This document shows positions 1-10,374 of a stretch of DNA of 64,000 nt, in pieces (position 1 is the first letter of the stretch; the number at the start of each line of letters is the position of its first letter). This stretch comes from Pirellulales bacterium (GTDB lineage Bacteria; Planctomycetota; Planctomycetia; Pirellulales; PALSA-1355), in assembly GCA_963733035.1 (NCBI GenBank), contig CAVTBU010000009.1:224001-288000 (forward strand), read 5' to 3'. The translations under genes were made by a program, and so were the position numbers. The notes beneath the pieces are model-generated. The model searched no databases, was not told the origin of the DNA, and saw only the letters and a program-made list of their open reading frames with translations.

Positions 1-1284
1 GCTCGCCGTGATGCCGCTAGGGAAGGCAAGCGGAGCGGGGGAAGTGCCCCGTACGGCTTGGCCAACGACGGTAAGGGCGGGCTGAAATTTGGTAAGCGTT
101 CTGAGGTGAAGATCGTTCGCCGTATCTTCGATGAATTCGTCAAGCAGCTTAGCTCGATGAACGCCATCGCCAGCCGACTCAATGCCGACAAGATACCTGC
201 CCCCAGGGGTGGCGTCTGGCATGTCGCCACGGTGCGTGATTTACTCATGCAGCCAGCCTACGCGGGAGAGTTCACCTACAACCGCAAGCAATCCGGCCAG
301 TTTCATATTCTTAACGAGTCGGGGGAAGTGGTTGAGGCAACTCCCGAGACTCGTAAGAACCACTGGAAACTGAACGACGCAGCGGTTATCTCCAAGCCAA
401 AAGCCCACAAGCCTCTCGTTGATCGGACGGTGTTCAACGCGGCGCAGAAGCGGCTCGCCAGCTTCAGCCTCAAGGGAAATCGACGCCCACGTGAGAATGG
501 CTACCCGCTGGCTGGTATTTTGATCTGCGACCATTGCGGCAAGCCCATGTACGGCTGTCATCAGAAGGGTCGCAATTACCGCGTGTACCGCTGTAGCACC
601 CCCGGCAAGTCCGGGATGGGAACATGCGGCGCATACGAGATTCGTGAAGAGCGCATTTTGCCCTTTGTACTACAGCTACTCGGGGAGGAACTGGAAAACT
701 TTGACCCACTAATGGTTAATCCACCGGATGAGCTTCTCCCCTCAAACCGGGATGAAAAGCGGGCAGAACTACAGGAAGAACGTGATGCGTTGGCCAAGCG
801 AATTGAACAGGCCGAAGAGAACCTGTTGTACGCTACTGATCCTCGCACCCGCAAAAATTTTGACGTACGGGTATGCCGGTTGCGGGCTGAGCTAGACCAA
901 CTCGATGCACAACTGAATACCCCCACAACGCGGCGTGGCTTTACTGACGATGAAATCGAGGGGCTGAACACATTCTGGAATCGTTTTCATGAGGATGCCC
1001 TTTCAATGCCCATCCCAGACGGCCGAGCAGATCCGTGGTGGATCTGCTTCCAACGCCCAATGCACGATAGTGATGCGTGGGAGCGACACATTGCGGTAAG
1101 GCCACGACAGGTGAACGAGATACTACATATGCTGGGCGCAGAGGTGCGGCTCCGGTGGAATACCCAGCATGTCACCCTAGCCAACGGTAAGACCCAGAAC
1201 CGATACACTCTTTGCCGTGGCCGTTTCCGTTTGAGCCAAAAAGCTGGGAAAATACCACGTCCGGTTTTATCGTGTTCAGCTTGA
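1..1284 (+). CDS. Large serine recombinase (integrase), 5' partial: recombinase domain, zinc ribbon, coiled coil
   Basis: Frame is open from base 1 (…[11 protein letters not shown]…). Motifs [52 protein letters not shown]…YRC…C, followed by a coiled coil. The catalytic N-terminal domain lies outside the window. Confidence 0.93.
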   Translation, partial: ARRDAAREGKRSGGSAPYGLANDGKGGLKFGKRSEVKIVRRIFDEFVKQLSSMNAIASRLNADKIPAPRGGVWHVATVRDLLMQPAYAGEFTYNRKQSGQFHILNESGEVVEATPETRKNHWKLNDAAVISKPKAHKPLVDRTVFNAAQKRLASFSLKGNRRPRENGYPLAGILICDHCGKPMYGCHQKGRNYRVYRCSTPGKSGMGTCGAYEIREERILPFVLQLLGEELENFDPLMVNPPDELLPSNRDEKRAELQEERDALAKRIEQAEENLLYATDPRTRKNFDVRVCRLRAELDQLDAQLNTPTTRRGFTDDEIEGLNTFWNRFHEDALSMPIPDGRADPWWICFQRPMHDSDAWERHIAVRPRQVNEILHMLGAEVRLRWNTQHVTLANGKTQNRYTLCRGRFRLSQKAGKIPRPVLSCSA

Positions 1285-1290
1285 GGTAAC
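1..1290. mobile_element. End of an integrative element/prophage inserted in comM (extends left beyond the window)
   Basis: Terminal serine recombinase abuts the point where ComM homology stops. Sequence is visibly more A/T-rich than the flanking host genes. Confidence 0.85.
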
Positions 1291-1310
1291 GTGCAGTGGC
1301 AATCGCGGCG
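1262..1310. other. Hybrid attachment site (attL/attR) at the element-comM junction; exact crossover not resolved
   Basis: Minus strand reads [28 protein letters not shown]. The expected ComM continuation (…QI.RY..KISGPLLDRID) is absent. Confidence 0.7.
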
Positions 1311-2396
1311 CGGGTCGTTGCGATATCCGCAAGGGCAGGGGTTCAGCGCCACCAACAGCATGAACCCGCAGGGAAAGGTGGTGCTCGAAAGCGCGCGGGA
1401 AATGGTGACGGTGCCGTCCTCAAGCGGTTGACGCAGAACTTCGAGCGTGCGGCGGTTGAACTCGGGGAGCTCATCGAGAAACAGCACCCCGTTATGCGAA
1501 AGCGAGATCTCGCCGGGCGTGGGCGTCGAGCCGCCACCGACCAGGCCGGCTTCGCTGATCGTGTGATGGGGTGCTCGGTAGGGACGCGTCGCCAACAGCG
1601 GTTGGCCGGCGCCGAGCAATCCCATCGCGCTGTAGATGCGGGTGGTTTCGATCGATTCGCTAGCGCTGAGCCTGGGCAAAATGGTGGGCACGCGTTTGGC
1701 GAGCATTGTCTTGCCGGAGCCCGGCGGGCCGAGCATCAGGAGATTGTGATTTCCACTGGCGGCGATGGTGACGGCGCGCTTGGCCATCTCCTGCCCGCGG
1801 ACATCAGCAAAGTCGACGTCGTAGGCCGAGTACTCGTCGAACCACTCGTTGAGCCGCGGCGGGGTTGGATCGATCTCGATGGCGCCAGTAAAGAAGGCCA
1901 CGGCTTGCGACAGGCTGGAGACGGCGATCACGTCGATACCCTCGACGACGGCTGCCTCGGCCGCGCTGGCCGTGGGGACAACCAGTCCTTGCAAGCCCGC
2001 CTGTCTGGCCGCGGCCATGGCCATCGACAGCGCGCCGCGGGTCGGGCGGGTGCCACCGTCGAGAGCCAACTCGCCCACCACGGCAAAGCGGTCGAAAAGG
2101 TCGGAGGCAATTTGTCCGCTGCCGGCCAAGATGCCCAGCGTAATCGGCAAGTCGAACGAAGCGGCCTGCTTGGGTAGTTCGGCCGGGGCCAGGTTGATCA
2201 CGATCCGGTCGTCGGGCCGCAGATAGCCCGAGTTGACCATGGCCCGTTCGACCCGATGGGTACTTTCCTTGACGGCGGCCTCGGGCAATCCGACCAGCAC
2301 GGTTTTCGGCAGAGCGCCTGGGGAAACGTCGACTTCGACCTCCACCGGCAAGGCCTCGATCCCCACCAGCGAGAAAGTGCGAAGCTTGGCAAGCAT
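1288..2396 (-). pseudogene. comM: ComM/YifB Mg-chelatase-like AAA+ ATPase, 5' part (~370 codons), interrupted by the element; frame reads on to a stop at 987
   Basis: [15 protein letters not shown] start, [16 protein letters not shown], Walker [15 protein letters not shown], Walker [16 protein letters not shown]. The C-terminal LLDRID region is missing. Confidence 0.93.
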
Positions 2397-2665
2397 GAAC
2401 GGATCGCCACCTGGTGAGCCAAATCGAAGGGACGCGTCAGCCCCCATTGTCGTGGCATATCACGATCTCCGCAAGAAGGGGGTCGACTGGCCGAGCTCTT
2501 CAAAGAAAAAGAGGAAAAACCTGGAGGAAAGCACTTGTATTTTCCCCCTCTTGGAAGGAATATGGTGGCACGCTGGCGAATCTGCACAGCCACGCAACAC
2601 GCGATGGCAGGACCAACGTCAGACGAAAATCTCTCTCTTAACGCACAACTTTCGAGGAGCCGCTA

Positions 2666-3790
2666 ATGACTCGGATGACAACTCTGCGACCAGCTTTGCT
2701 TGGTCGCGTATCTCAAACGACCGCGCTCTTTGCGGTCTGCCTACTGGCATCGGGAGCCGGCATCGCTCAAGCCACTCCGCTTGATTTCACGGTCATCAAC
2801 GTGAGCTCCGGCAATCAAAGCCGGATCAATATCGCCGCGACGGCAGACCTGGCCGGAACCATGCTGACCGGTAATCCGCAATTTGCGCCCGGTGGTTTAA
2901 ATGGGGACGGAAGCGCTTCGACGCTCTACAACCAGACCGGCTCGAACACGCCCAGCAACATCGTCGCCAACGTTCACACGAATAGCATCGTGTTTCCGGG
3001 CGGTGGAACCGCCATGGCTGCTAATGCCAGCGGATTCTTCGGCAGCCTTGGTATCGCGCCGGGAGTTGGTGGCACGACGGGTACTGCCCCGGCCGATTAC
3101 GGCCTCATCTTCACTTCGGCCCAGAATATCGTGATTCCGCCGATTGATGTCAGTTCGCTGAACATCCCAGGCATCACGACGCTCAATCTGGGCACCCTGA
3201 CCGGCATTAACTTGAACGTCGCCTTGCGCAATTTCACGCTGGACGCAAACAGCGGCACGATTCCGTTGTCGCCAAACAACACTTACCCAACGCAATTCGA
3301 CGCTTCGCAGGTCGACCTGGTTGCGGCGGGCACCGTGGATATGTCGCTGACGGCCACACTTTCGCAGAACAGTCTGACCGACTGGCTCGCGACCGGCGCG
3401 GCTCTCATTGCGTTGAACTCGGCACTGTCCGGTCAAGGCATCAACATTACCGAAACCGGCAGCCTGGCCACGTTGAGCTATCAGGTAGGCATCGGCTACA
3501 CGACGGCGCTGCCGGCCACGAATCTTCCCAATACCGGCGCCGGCCCCGGCACCATCGACCACGTCGGAGGAAATCTCCGCATGACGTTGCCGGTGAATTT
3601 CGACTTACAGAGCGCACTGCCTTCGTCCCTCAGTTCGTTGCTAACGGCCGACTTTTCCATGTCGGGCCAATTGATCGGGCAAACGCCGTACGTCACGGTT
3701 GACGTCCCTGAACCGTCCTCGGTCCTGCTCGGCTTGATGGGTATCGGCGCGTTTGGACTGATGGTGCTGCGGCGAAAGCGTGCGGCCTAG
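2666..3790 (+). CDS. PEP-CTERM sorting-domain surface protein (N/T/S/G-rich)
   Basis: Signal peptide ending AQA. C-terminus VPEPSS, hydrophobic helix, RRKRAA. Confidence 0.9.
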   Translation: MTRMTTLRPALLGRVSQTTALFAVCLLASGAGIAQATPLDFTVINVSSGNQSRINIAATADLAGTMLTGNPQFAPGGLNGDGSASTLYNQTGSNTPSNIVANVHTNSIVFPGGGTAMAANASGFFGSLGIAPGVGGTTGTAPADYGLIFTSAQNIVIPPIDVSSLNIPGITTLNLGTLTGINLNVALRNFTLDANSGTIPLSPNNTYPTQFDASQVDLVAAGTVDMSLTATLSQNSLTDWLATGAALIALNSALSGQGINITETGSLATLSYQVGIGYTTALPATNLPNTGAGPGTIDHVGGNLRMTLPVNFDLQSALPSSLSSLLTADFSMSGQLIGQTPYVTVDVPEPSSVLLGLMGIGAFGLMVLRRKRAA

Positions 3791-3837
3791 CAGCCCAATT
3801 TACGGCTGCTTTGCGGCTTTAATGTTGCCCGACCATA

Positions 3838-3879
3838 AAACAGGCCGCCTCCCTTCGCTGGGAGGCGGCCTGTTTGTTT
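3838..3879. terminator. Bidirectional intrinsic terminator
   Basis: Perfect 16-bp stem AAACAGGCCGCCTCCC / GGGAGGCGGCCTGTTT with a 6-nt loop, between convergent genes. Confidence 0.88.
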
Positions 3880-3901
3880 CCAAGCTGACAAGTGACCCGG
3901 A

Positions 3902-4624
3902 TTAATTCATCGAAATAACGCGCGTCGAATCGGCCAGACAACGGCGCCAAATGGACGGGGAGACTTGCTGCTTGAGCCAACTGCGTAGCGTGTCGCAACC
4001 CAAGGCGTGCACACAGCGGCGCGGGTCGGTTTCACCGCCGCGATAGCCCCAATGCACGGCGGCAATGCGGCCATTCCAGATCACCGGTCCGCCACTGTCG
4101 CCGGGAATCGTCACCTGCTTGTCTTGGACCCCCTGCGCCGCGATCAACGACTGCGGAACGTCGCCCTCCATCGGAATTGGATGGGCTACCGTGGCCACGA
4201 AGGAACGGAACCGCTTGGGGCCGTAGCCCCAGATCTCGACTAACTCGCCAAGGGCCGGGTTGTGTTCGGCGATCGGAACCGGATCGATTCCCCGCGGCGC
4301 ATGAATCCATAGTGCGGCCACGTCCAGCTTGGGATCGATTGCCAAGATGCGCGCGCCGGAGTCTTGTCCGTCGGTGAACTCAACGGTGATGGGCCCAATC
4401 TCCTCTTCAAAAAGATGGGCGGCGGTCAAAACCAACCCAGCATCCCCATCGACTGCCGTCAGCGTGCCGCTGCCGTTGACCGTTGGGCCGGGTTGGCGGT
4501 AGCCGCTAATCCAATTTTTGACGCGGGCGGCGGCCAGTCGAGAGCCATCTTGTTGATAGGAAACGGGATCCGCCGTGGGGCTCGCAAGCAACAGTCCCAC
4601 TAGCAGCAACGCACATTGCGGCAC
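3902..4624 (-). CDS. Secreted trypsin-like (S1) serine protease
   Basis: Signal peptide, VLTAAH, LDVA, GDSGGP catalytic motifs. Confidence 0.85.
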   Translation of the reverse strand: MPQCALLLVGLLLASPTADPVSYQQDGSRLAAARVKNWISGYRQPGPTVNGSGTLTAVDGDAGLVLTAAHLFEEEIGPITVEFTDGQDSGARILAIDPKLDVAALWIHAPRGIDPVPIAEHNPALGELVEIWGYGPKRFRSFVATVAHPIPMEGDVPQSLIAAQGVQDKQVTIPGDSGGPVIWNGRIAAVHWGYRGGETDPRRCVHALGCDTLRSWLKQQVSPSIWRRCLADSTRVISMN

Positions 4625-4951
4625 AGTTCACCTCCCCTTCGATCGATCTCTTTCGTGACGCCTCGGCGAGAGCGAATCCGCTCACCACCGGTACCGCGAA
4701 CCGCGGTCGATCGCCGCCCCCCGCCTTCCAATAGCCGGAGCGATCAGGCGGTTCTAGGATAATTGGCGAGGCGGCCGAGCAAAAGGGGTCATGCTGTGCG
4801 CGAACACGATAAGCCCATGGAATGGGCCGAAGTGTCCGAGAATTGAGCCAGCCAGCTTACGAACTCGAAAGCTAGACGGGCGTTTCGCAAGCGATCAGCG
4901 CCGCGGCGGCGGATTGGCCGGAATGCAACTCGCGGTCGCGAACGAGGGGGT

Positions 4952-6690
4952 TTAGTAGCCGGCAGCGCAGCCGTCTTTGCGGGGCTCGGTGGCGCCCCGC
5001 AGGACCCCAAATTTCGAATCGATTAGGATGCCCTGGTAACCACCAAAGCCGCCCCCGCGGCCTTGCTCCACATGGTGCCCCTTCTGTTCGAGGGCGCTGA
5101 CGATGCTTTTGGGCACCGTGGCTTCGACCACGACTGTGCCGCCACCCGGCTCGGCAGGGCTGCCGGTGGGCGTGGCGCTTCCCTCGTGTCGAATACGGGC
5201 CTCGTCGCCAGCTTCCTGCACGTTCATGTCGAAGTCGATTAGGTCGACCAAGATTTGCACGTGCCCCTGCGCCTGCATGTCGCCCCCCATCACGCCGAAG
5301 CAAAACCACGGTTTGCCGTCCTTCGTCACCATGGCTGGAATGATCGTGTGGAAGGGACGCTTGTGAGGTTCGAGACGGTTCAGGTGCGTTTCGTCCAAAG
5401 CGAACAGTTCGCCGCGGTTTTGCATGACGAATCCAACGTCGCCGGGCACCACCCACGATCCAAAGGCGCCGAAGTTACTCTGAATGAATGAGCAACAGTT
5501 ACGGTCCTTGTCGACCACGGTGAGGTACACCGTATCGCTTTTCTCGAGCAGGGGATTCCCGGGCGGGACGTCCGTGGCGGCAATCTCCATGTTCAGCCGC
5601 TTGCGCGCTGGGCGGCATACTTTTTCGAGATTAGCTCGTTGGTGGGCAGGCTGCCGAACGCTGGGTCGGCATAGAACCTGGCCCGATCTGCAAACGTCAG
5701 TTTTTTTGCCTCGACGAACAGGTGGAACCACTCCGCGCTGCCGCGGCCCATCTTCCGCACGTCATAGGGCTCGATGAGGTTGAGCATTTGCAAGGCGGCA
5801 ATGCCCTGACCGTTGGGTGGCAATTCCCAAACGTCATAGCCACGATAGTTCGTGGAAACGGGCTCGACCCAATCGGAATGATGATCTGCGAGGTCCTTGA
5901 GCGTCAGGTAGCCGCCATTCGCCGCGCTGTACGAAGCAATTTGCTCGGCGATCGGGCCGCGATAATAGGCGGCTGGACCGTCCTTGGCAATTGCCCGATA
6001 GCTGGCTGCCAGATATGGATTACGGAAAATCTCGCCCTCGGCCGGACCGTGACCGTCAATGAGATAGGTCTTGGCCGTATCCGGGTGCTGCTTCAGTTTG
6101 GGTGTTACATGCTGCCAGAATCCGGCGATGATTTCGGTGACGGGAAATCCCTTTTCGGCATAGTCGATCGCCGGCGCCAGAATCTCTGCCAGCGGCATTG
6201 TGCCGAAGCGGCTGCGCAAATCTTCCCAACCTTGCACGCAGCCTGGAACCGACCAGCACAACAGGCCCTCGCCGGGGATGCTCTTGAGCCCCTGCTGGCG
6301 AAACACATCTCGGGTGAGTTTGTAGGGGCTGCGGCCGCTGCCGTTGAGGCCGTATAGCTTTTGGGTCTTATTGTCCCAATAGATAACGAACACGTCGCCG
6401 CCGATGCCGCAGCTCATCGGCTCTGTGAGCCCCAACATGGCGTTGGTGGCAATGGCCGCGTCGGCAGCGTTACCGCCCGCCTTGAGGATGTCGCGGCCGA
6501 CTTCCGCGGCCAGCGGAATACTCGTGGCCACAATACCATTTTGGGCCACGACAGCGGAACGACTCTGATGAGGATTGCCGAGCGGCCGATCGTATTCGGC
6601 GCCGTGGGCTCGAGGCGGGCCAGCGTCATCGTTTCCGTACATCATCAATCCTGTAAGGATGGCGGTCATCAGTACCATAAGACGTTTCAT
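4952..6690 (-). CDS. ggt: Gamma-glutamyltransferase (one frameshift at ~5605)
   Basis: GGNAADAAIA, CGIGGD, LNGSGRSP, ELPPNGQG in the first ORF. Catalytic SDTVYLTVVD, RPFHTIIP, GVMGGDMQ, EPRKDG in the second. Adding one base joins YAAQR to RKRLNM. Confidence 0.92.
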
Positions 6691-6775
6691 CGATCGGTCC
6701 CTCTCAAGATCGCCCGGCCAACAAGAACTGGGTTGCAGCTCCGCGCACGCCGTTGATTCCAACGTGTCGACGCGG

Positions 6776-8350
6776 TTAACCATCGCAGACCCTGCTGATG
6801 ATACCCAGGTCGCGGGTGGCTGTCGAATTCTGGGGAACGCGAATGACAGAGGAGGACAACCAGCGGCGGTTACGCGCGGTGACCACGTCCTCGAATTTCA
6901 CGTTGCCATCGACATCGTAGAATCGCGCGGTCAGCGCGGGCTTGCCGTCGGGGCGATCGACGGTCATCGCCAAGAATCCTCCCTTGACGCGCAGGAAGCG
7001 ATGTTTTTCGGGGCGATAGTCGTCGGGATTCCAGCCCCCTGCATGCGAGTCGCTGCCTGGGCCCGACGAGTATTCTCGCACCTTGGTCTCGGGGTCGACC
7101 GACATGAACTGCCAATGCCGGTCGCCGCAAATCGTAAGCATCTGGTGCGCGGCAAGGAAGTCGCGAATCTCGCGGCCTTCGTACTGAAACCCGCTGTTCG
7201 CCAGATTGTCGTTCTTGCTTTCGCGATCGGGACCGACCAGAGGTGTCGGGCTGATCAGCACGCGAAACGTAGCATCGGAAGCTTTGACGGAATCCTTGAA
7301 CCAGCGTTTCTGTTCCGTGCCCCAAATCGTTTTCTCTGGGCTGTCAGGTTGCGGGTTGGGGCTGCGAAAGTCGCGCCCCTCGACGAGCCAGACCTGCAGA
7401 TCGCGCCCCCAGCGAAACGTCCGATACGTCTTTTGGCCCATGGGCACCTGTTCGTGAAAGATCTTCTGCCCCTGGCGAAACGTGAAGTCGCCCATGTACT
7501 GCGACGGCATCGTGGGCCAGCAATCGTTGCACCAGGTATCGTGGTCGTCTTTCATGAAATAGCTGGCCACGCCGCGATGAAACTCGACGTTGGTGGGCCA
7601 GCTATACGTTCGCTGCCAGTGCCAACGGGCCAGGTCCACGGACTTGGCCAGCTCGTCGTAGTAGATAATGTCGCCGGTATGCACGAAGAAATCGGGATCC
7701 AGCTTCGCGATGGCGCGGTACACCTTGAAGCCATCGGGCGAGTCCTGATCGTTGTTGCCAAAACAAGTTGCCGCCACGAAAGAGACGGGCCGCGCGTCGT
7801 CGGCCGATGGCGCCGTACGGAAGCAACCTGATTCCGCTGCGCCAGGCCGGCCGTCGATCCCGCGGGATTCGACGCGGACAAGATACCGCGTGGCGGGACT
7901 CAAACCGTTCACTACAAATTGCCGCGTAAAATCTCCAAGCGGTGCGACCGGCTTCCACGCGGTCGACTCCCAAGCCTCGTCGCCCTCGGCTTTCCAGAGC
8001 ACGCGCACATCTCCATCGACGCCCGGGGCTCCTTCGCGAAGGTCGCTGACCGTGCAGCCGTCGGGAAAGGTGATGCTTTTGAACGTCCGCTCGCGGCGGC
8101 CAACTTTTTCGTTCGGCACCTCGTATTCAACTTTTACTTGCGGACCGTCCGACGGATTGCGTCGCGGTCGCTTGGTGAGCCGCGCCCAAACGATCGCCGA
8201 TTGGTCGGTGACTTCGCCGATTTTAAACCCCGTGGCAAAGTAGGGACCGCCGGTCGCGAAGGCGGCCGTTGTGCAACTCGCCACGAGCACGGTGACGACC
8301 GCGAGACATAAAAGGTTCAAGCAAGCTGCACCGGGCACTCGGACCTGCAT
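6776..8350 (-). CDS. Alkaline phosphatase D (PhoD)-family metallophosphatase, secreted
   Basis: GEVTDQSAIVWAR, FRTAP, FFVHTGDIIYYD, KDDHD, GDRHW. The last ~30 aa may be read-through from an indel near 6875. Confidence 0.85.
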   Translation of the reverse strand: MQVRVPGAACLNLLCLAVVTVLVASCTTAAFATGGPYFATGFKIGEVTDQSAIVWARLTKRPRRNPSDGPQVKVEYEVPNEKVGRRERTFKSITFPDGCTVSDLREGAPGVDGDVRVLWKAEGDEAWESTAWKPVAPLGDFTRQFVVNGLSPATRYLVRVESRGIDGRPGAAESGCFRTAPSADDARPVSFVAATCFGNNDQDSPDGFKVYRAIAKLDPDFFVHTGDIIYYDELAKSVDLARWHWQRTYSWPTNVEFHRGVASYFMKDDHDTWCNDCWPTMPSQYMGDFTFRQGQKIFHEQVPMGQKTYRTFRWGRDLQVWLVEGRDFRSPNPQPDSPEKTIWGTEQKRWFKDSVKASDATFRVLISPTPLVGPDRESKNDNLANSGFQYEGREIRDFLAAHQMLTICGDRHWQFMSVDPETKVREYSSGPGSDSHAGGWNPDDYRPEKHRFLRVKGGFLAMTVDRPDGKPALTARFYDVDGNVKFEDVVTARNRRWLSSSVIRVPQNSTATRDLGIISRVCDG

Positions 8351-8410
8351 GACAAGGACTCTCTCAGGGGAACGGTTGAAATTAGTCTGGCGAGACATGC
8401 AATCCGTCGG

Positions 8411-8950
8411 CTACTCGGGCCATTTGGCCTTCGCGTCAACGTTAATGATGGCCGACGACGGCGGTACGGGAAAGCGCGGCCGCAGATACTCCAAGCCAGC
8501 CACCTTATGGCAGTTGTAGCAGCCTTGCAACAGGGCGCGGTAGGATTCACCGAAGGCGCGGAGATCCTTCTTCTCGATGGCTTCCCCGACTCGCATCGTG
8601 GGCGAACGGTCGATCGCCCGCTGAATCGTCTCCAGGTCGGCACGCCGCGTGCCGCTGGGATCGGCATCGGCGGATGTGTTCATGTGCATTTCGACCTTGT
8701 CCCAGTAGTAACCGGCCAAAGGCCAGTTCTCGGCCCGGCCGGCGAACCACAGATTTGAGGCGTGATAGTCGACCATGAACATCGCCAACTCGGCGTGCAG
8801 TTGCTCCACATTCGATGGGGCATGGGACGCAGGCGCGTCGGCGGCAACCGCCCGAGGGACGGTTCGCTCGGCGATTGCACTCCACAGCGCCCCACCGACG
8901 ATTAACCCGCCCACAAACACGGCACCGAGAATACGCTTCGAACGATTCAT
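8411..8950 (-). CDS. Small exported c-type cytochrome with a single C-terminal CxxCH
   Basis: N-terminal hydrophobic segment, helical body LWFAG..NWPLA, CYNCH near the C-terminus. TAAGGAG RBS. Confidence 0.72.
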   Translation of the reverse strand: MNRSKRILGAVFVGGLIVGGALWSAIAERTVPRAVAADAPASHAPSNVEQLHAELAMFMVDYHASNLWFAGRAENWPLAGYYWDKVEMHMNTSADADPSGTRRADLETIQRAIDRSPTMRVGEAIEKKDLRAFGESYRALLQGCYNCHKVAGLEYLRPRFPVPPSSAIINVDAKAKWPE

Positions 8951-9169
8951 CACAAGACTCCTTAGAATGCACGAAATGGCATTGGTTAGTTGGTGTGCCC
9001 CTTCGATCTTGGACCAACTCGGCCGCAACCGCAAGGTTTTGTGGCCCAGACCTCAACAGCCCAGTTGTGCCCGGTTGGTTTCGCTTGACGCCCGCCGGTC
9101 GAGCACACAGACTCAGGTAAGCTGCAGAATCCCCCGCCACGCCGCTCCAACCGCAATGGGAAACCCACC

Positions 9170-10321
9170 ATGTCTGTCCGTTCGTCTTCCTCTGTAATTT
9201 ACGCTACGTTTCTGGCGGTTGCCGTGCTGTTCTGTCCGCGGTCGCCGGCAGCCGAGAAAGGTGCTGATTCGACCGCGTCCACTGAACGTGGAACCACCGT
9301 CTACGTCTCGAAGCTGGGAGACGATTCGGACGGTTCGTCGTGGGCCAAGGCGTTTCACTCGGTGCAACGAGCCTTGGCAGCGATTCCCAACAATCGCGGT
9401 GGCCACCGTGTCATCGTGCGCCCCGATACTTACCAGGAGGCAAATCTCTATCCAGCGCATCAGGGCGCGGAGGGCGCCTACAACGAATTAGTTGGCGACG
9501 TCGACGGCCGGCTCGGATCGGGCGCTACCGGTTGGGTGATTATCGACTCGGGAGATGCAACGCGCGGTTTCCAGAGTTACGACTGGCACAGCACGATTCG
9601 GGCCTACAAAAAAGGTTGGTCCAAAGAGCACAAGGCTGAAAGTTTTTCGGCCGTCGTGTGGGATCGTTGGTCGCTACGGCATTTGTACTGCACCGGCTCG
9701 GACGGCGGCTGGTTTTTCGACCTGGTCGACCAGGTCGTGCCGTTCTCCGTTGTCGTGGAGGACTGCGTCGGCATCGGCCGGGCGTTTGGCGGTGGCGTCG
9801 CCAATTGTCTGTCGTGCCCAAACGAGCCAGTCGTGTTCCGACGCTGCACGCTATGGTCGCTCGATTTCTGGGGCGACACTTCCGGGGCGTACGTTCGTTT
9901 CGAAAACAAGCAAATGCCGAAGAAGCACGACATCCTATTCGAAGACTGTACGCTGGTGGGTCCACAGTGCGCATTCAAGAGCAGCAATTTCGGCTTCCAT
10001 ACCTACACGCACGCCAGGCTCAGCGGTTGCCGGCTGGTGGCATTGAATTTCTCGCAGCCACACGGCACACCCACTGATGGCGTGATCCAGAGCGTACAGA
10101 ACGGCGAACTCCTGAGCATCGACTTGGAAAACTGCACGATCATGGGATACAAGGTTTTCGGCGTGATCGTGGACAAGGATTCGGTCGACAAGATCGCCTA
10201 CACCTGCCGCGGCGAGGTGAAGGCTTACGTGCAGTTCCAACAGCAGGTGCCCGAGGGAATGCAACGCTTGACGGCCTGGCCGGTCGAAGTGTTTCAACAG
10301 ATCGCGCCGCGGTCGAAGTAG
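9170..10321 (+). CDS. Secreted hypothetical protein, probable right-handed beta-helix (pectin-lyase-like)
   Basis: Signal peptide, VYVSKLGDDSDGSSWAKAFHSVQRAL cap, repeated V.F.DC/F.RCT/LENCT strands. Confidence 0.65.
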   Translation: MSVRSSSSVIYATFLAVAVLFCPRSPAAEKGADSTASTERGTTVYVSKLGDDSDGSSWAKAFHSVQRALAAIPNNRGGHRVIVRPDTYQEANLYPAHQGAEGAYNELVGDVDGRLGSGATGWVIIDSGDATRGFQSYDWHSTIRAYKKGWSKEHKAESFSAVVWDRWSLRHLYCTGSDGGWFFDLVDQVVPFSVVVEDCVGIGRAFGGGVANCLSCPNEPVVFRRCTLWSLDFWGDTSGAYVRFENKQMPKKHDILFEDCTLVGPQCAFKSSNFGFHTYTHARLSGCRLVALNFSQPHGTPTDGVIQSVQNGELLSIDLENCTIMGYKVFGVIVDKDSVDKIAYTCRGEVKAYVQFQQQVPEGMQRLTAWPVEVFQQIAPRSK

Positions 10322-10374
10322 GCGACGCGATTACTACCGCTTTGCATGGGTCTCCAAAAGTTGAGGAAGGTTTG

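Noticed and set aside
987..1287. 100-codon C-terminal extension of ComM antisense to the recombinase
   Set aside because: Read-through into the element with no ComM similarity; open antisense frames are common here.
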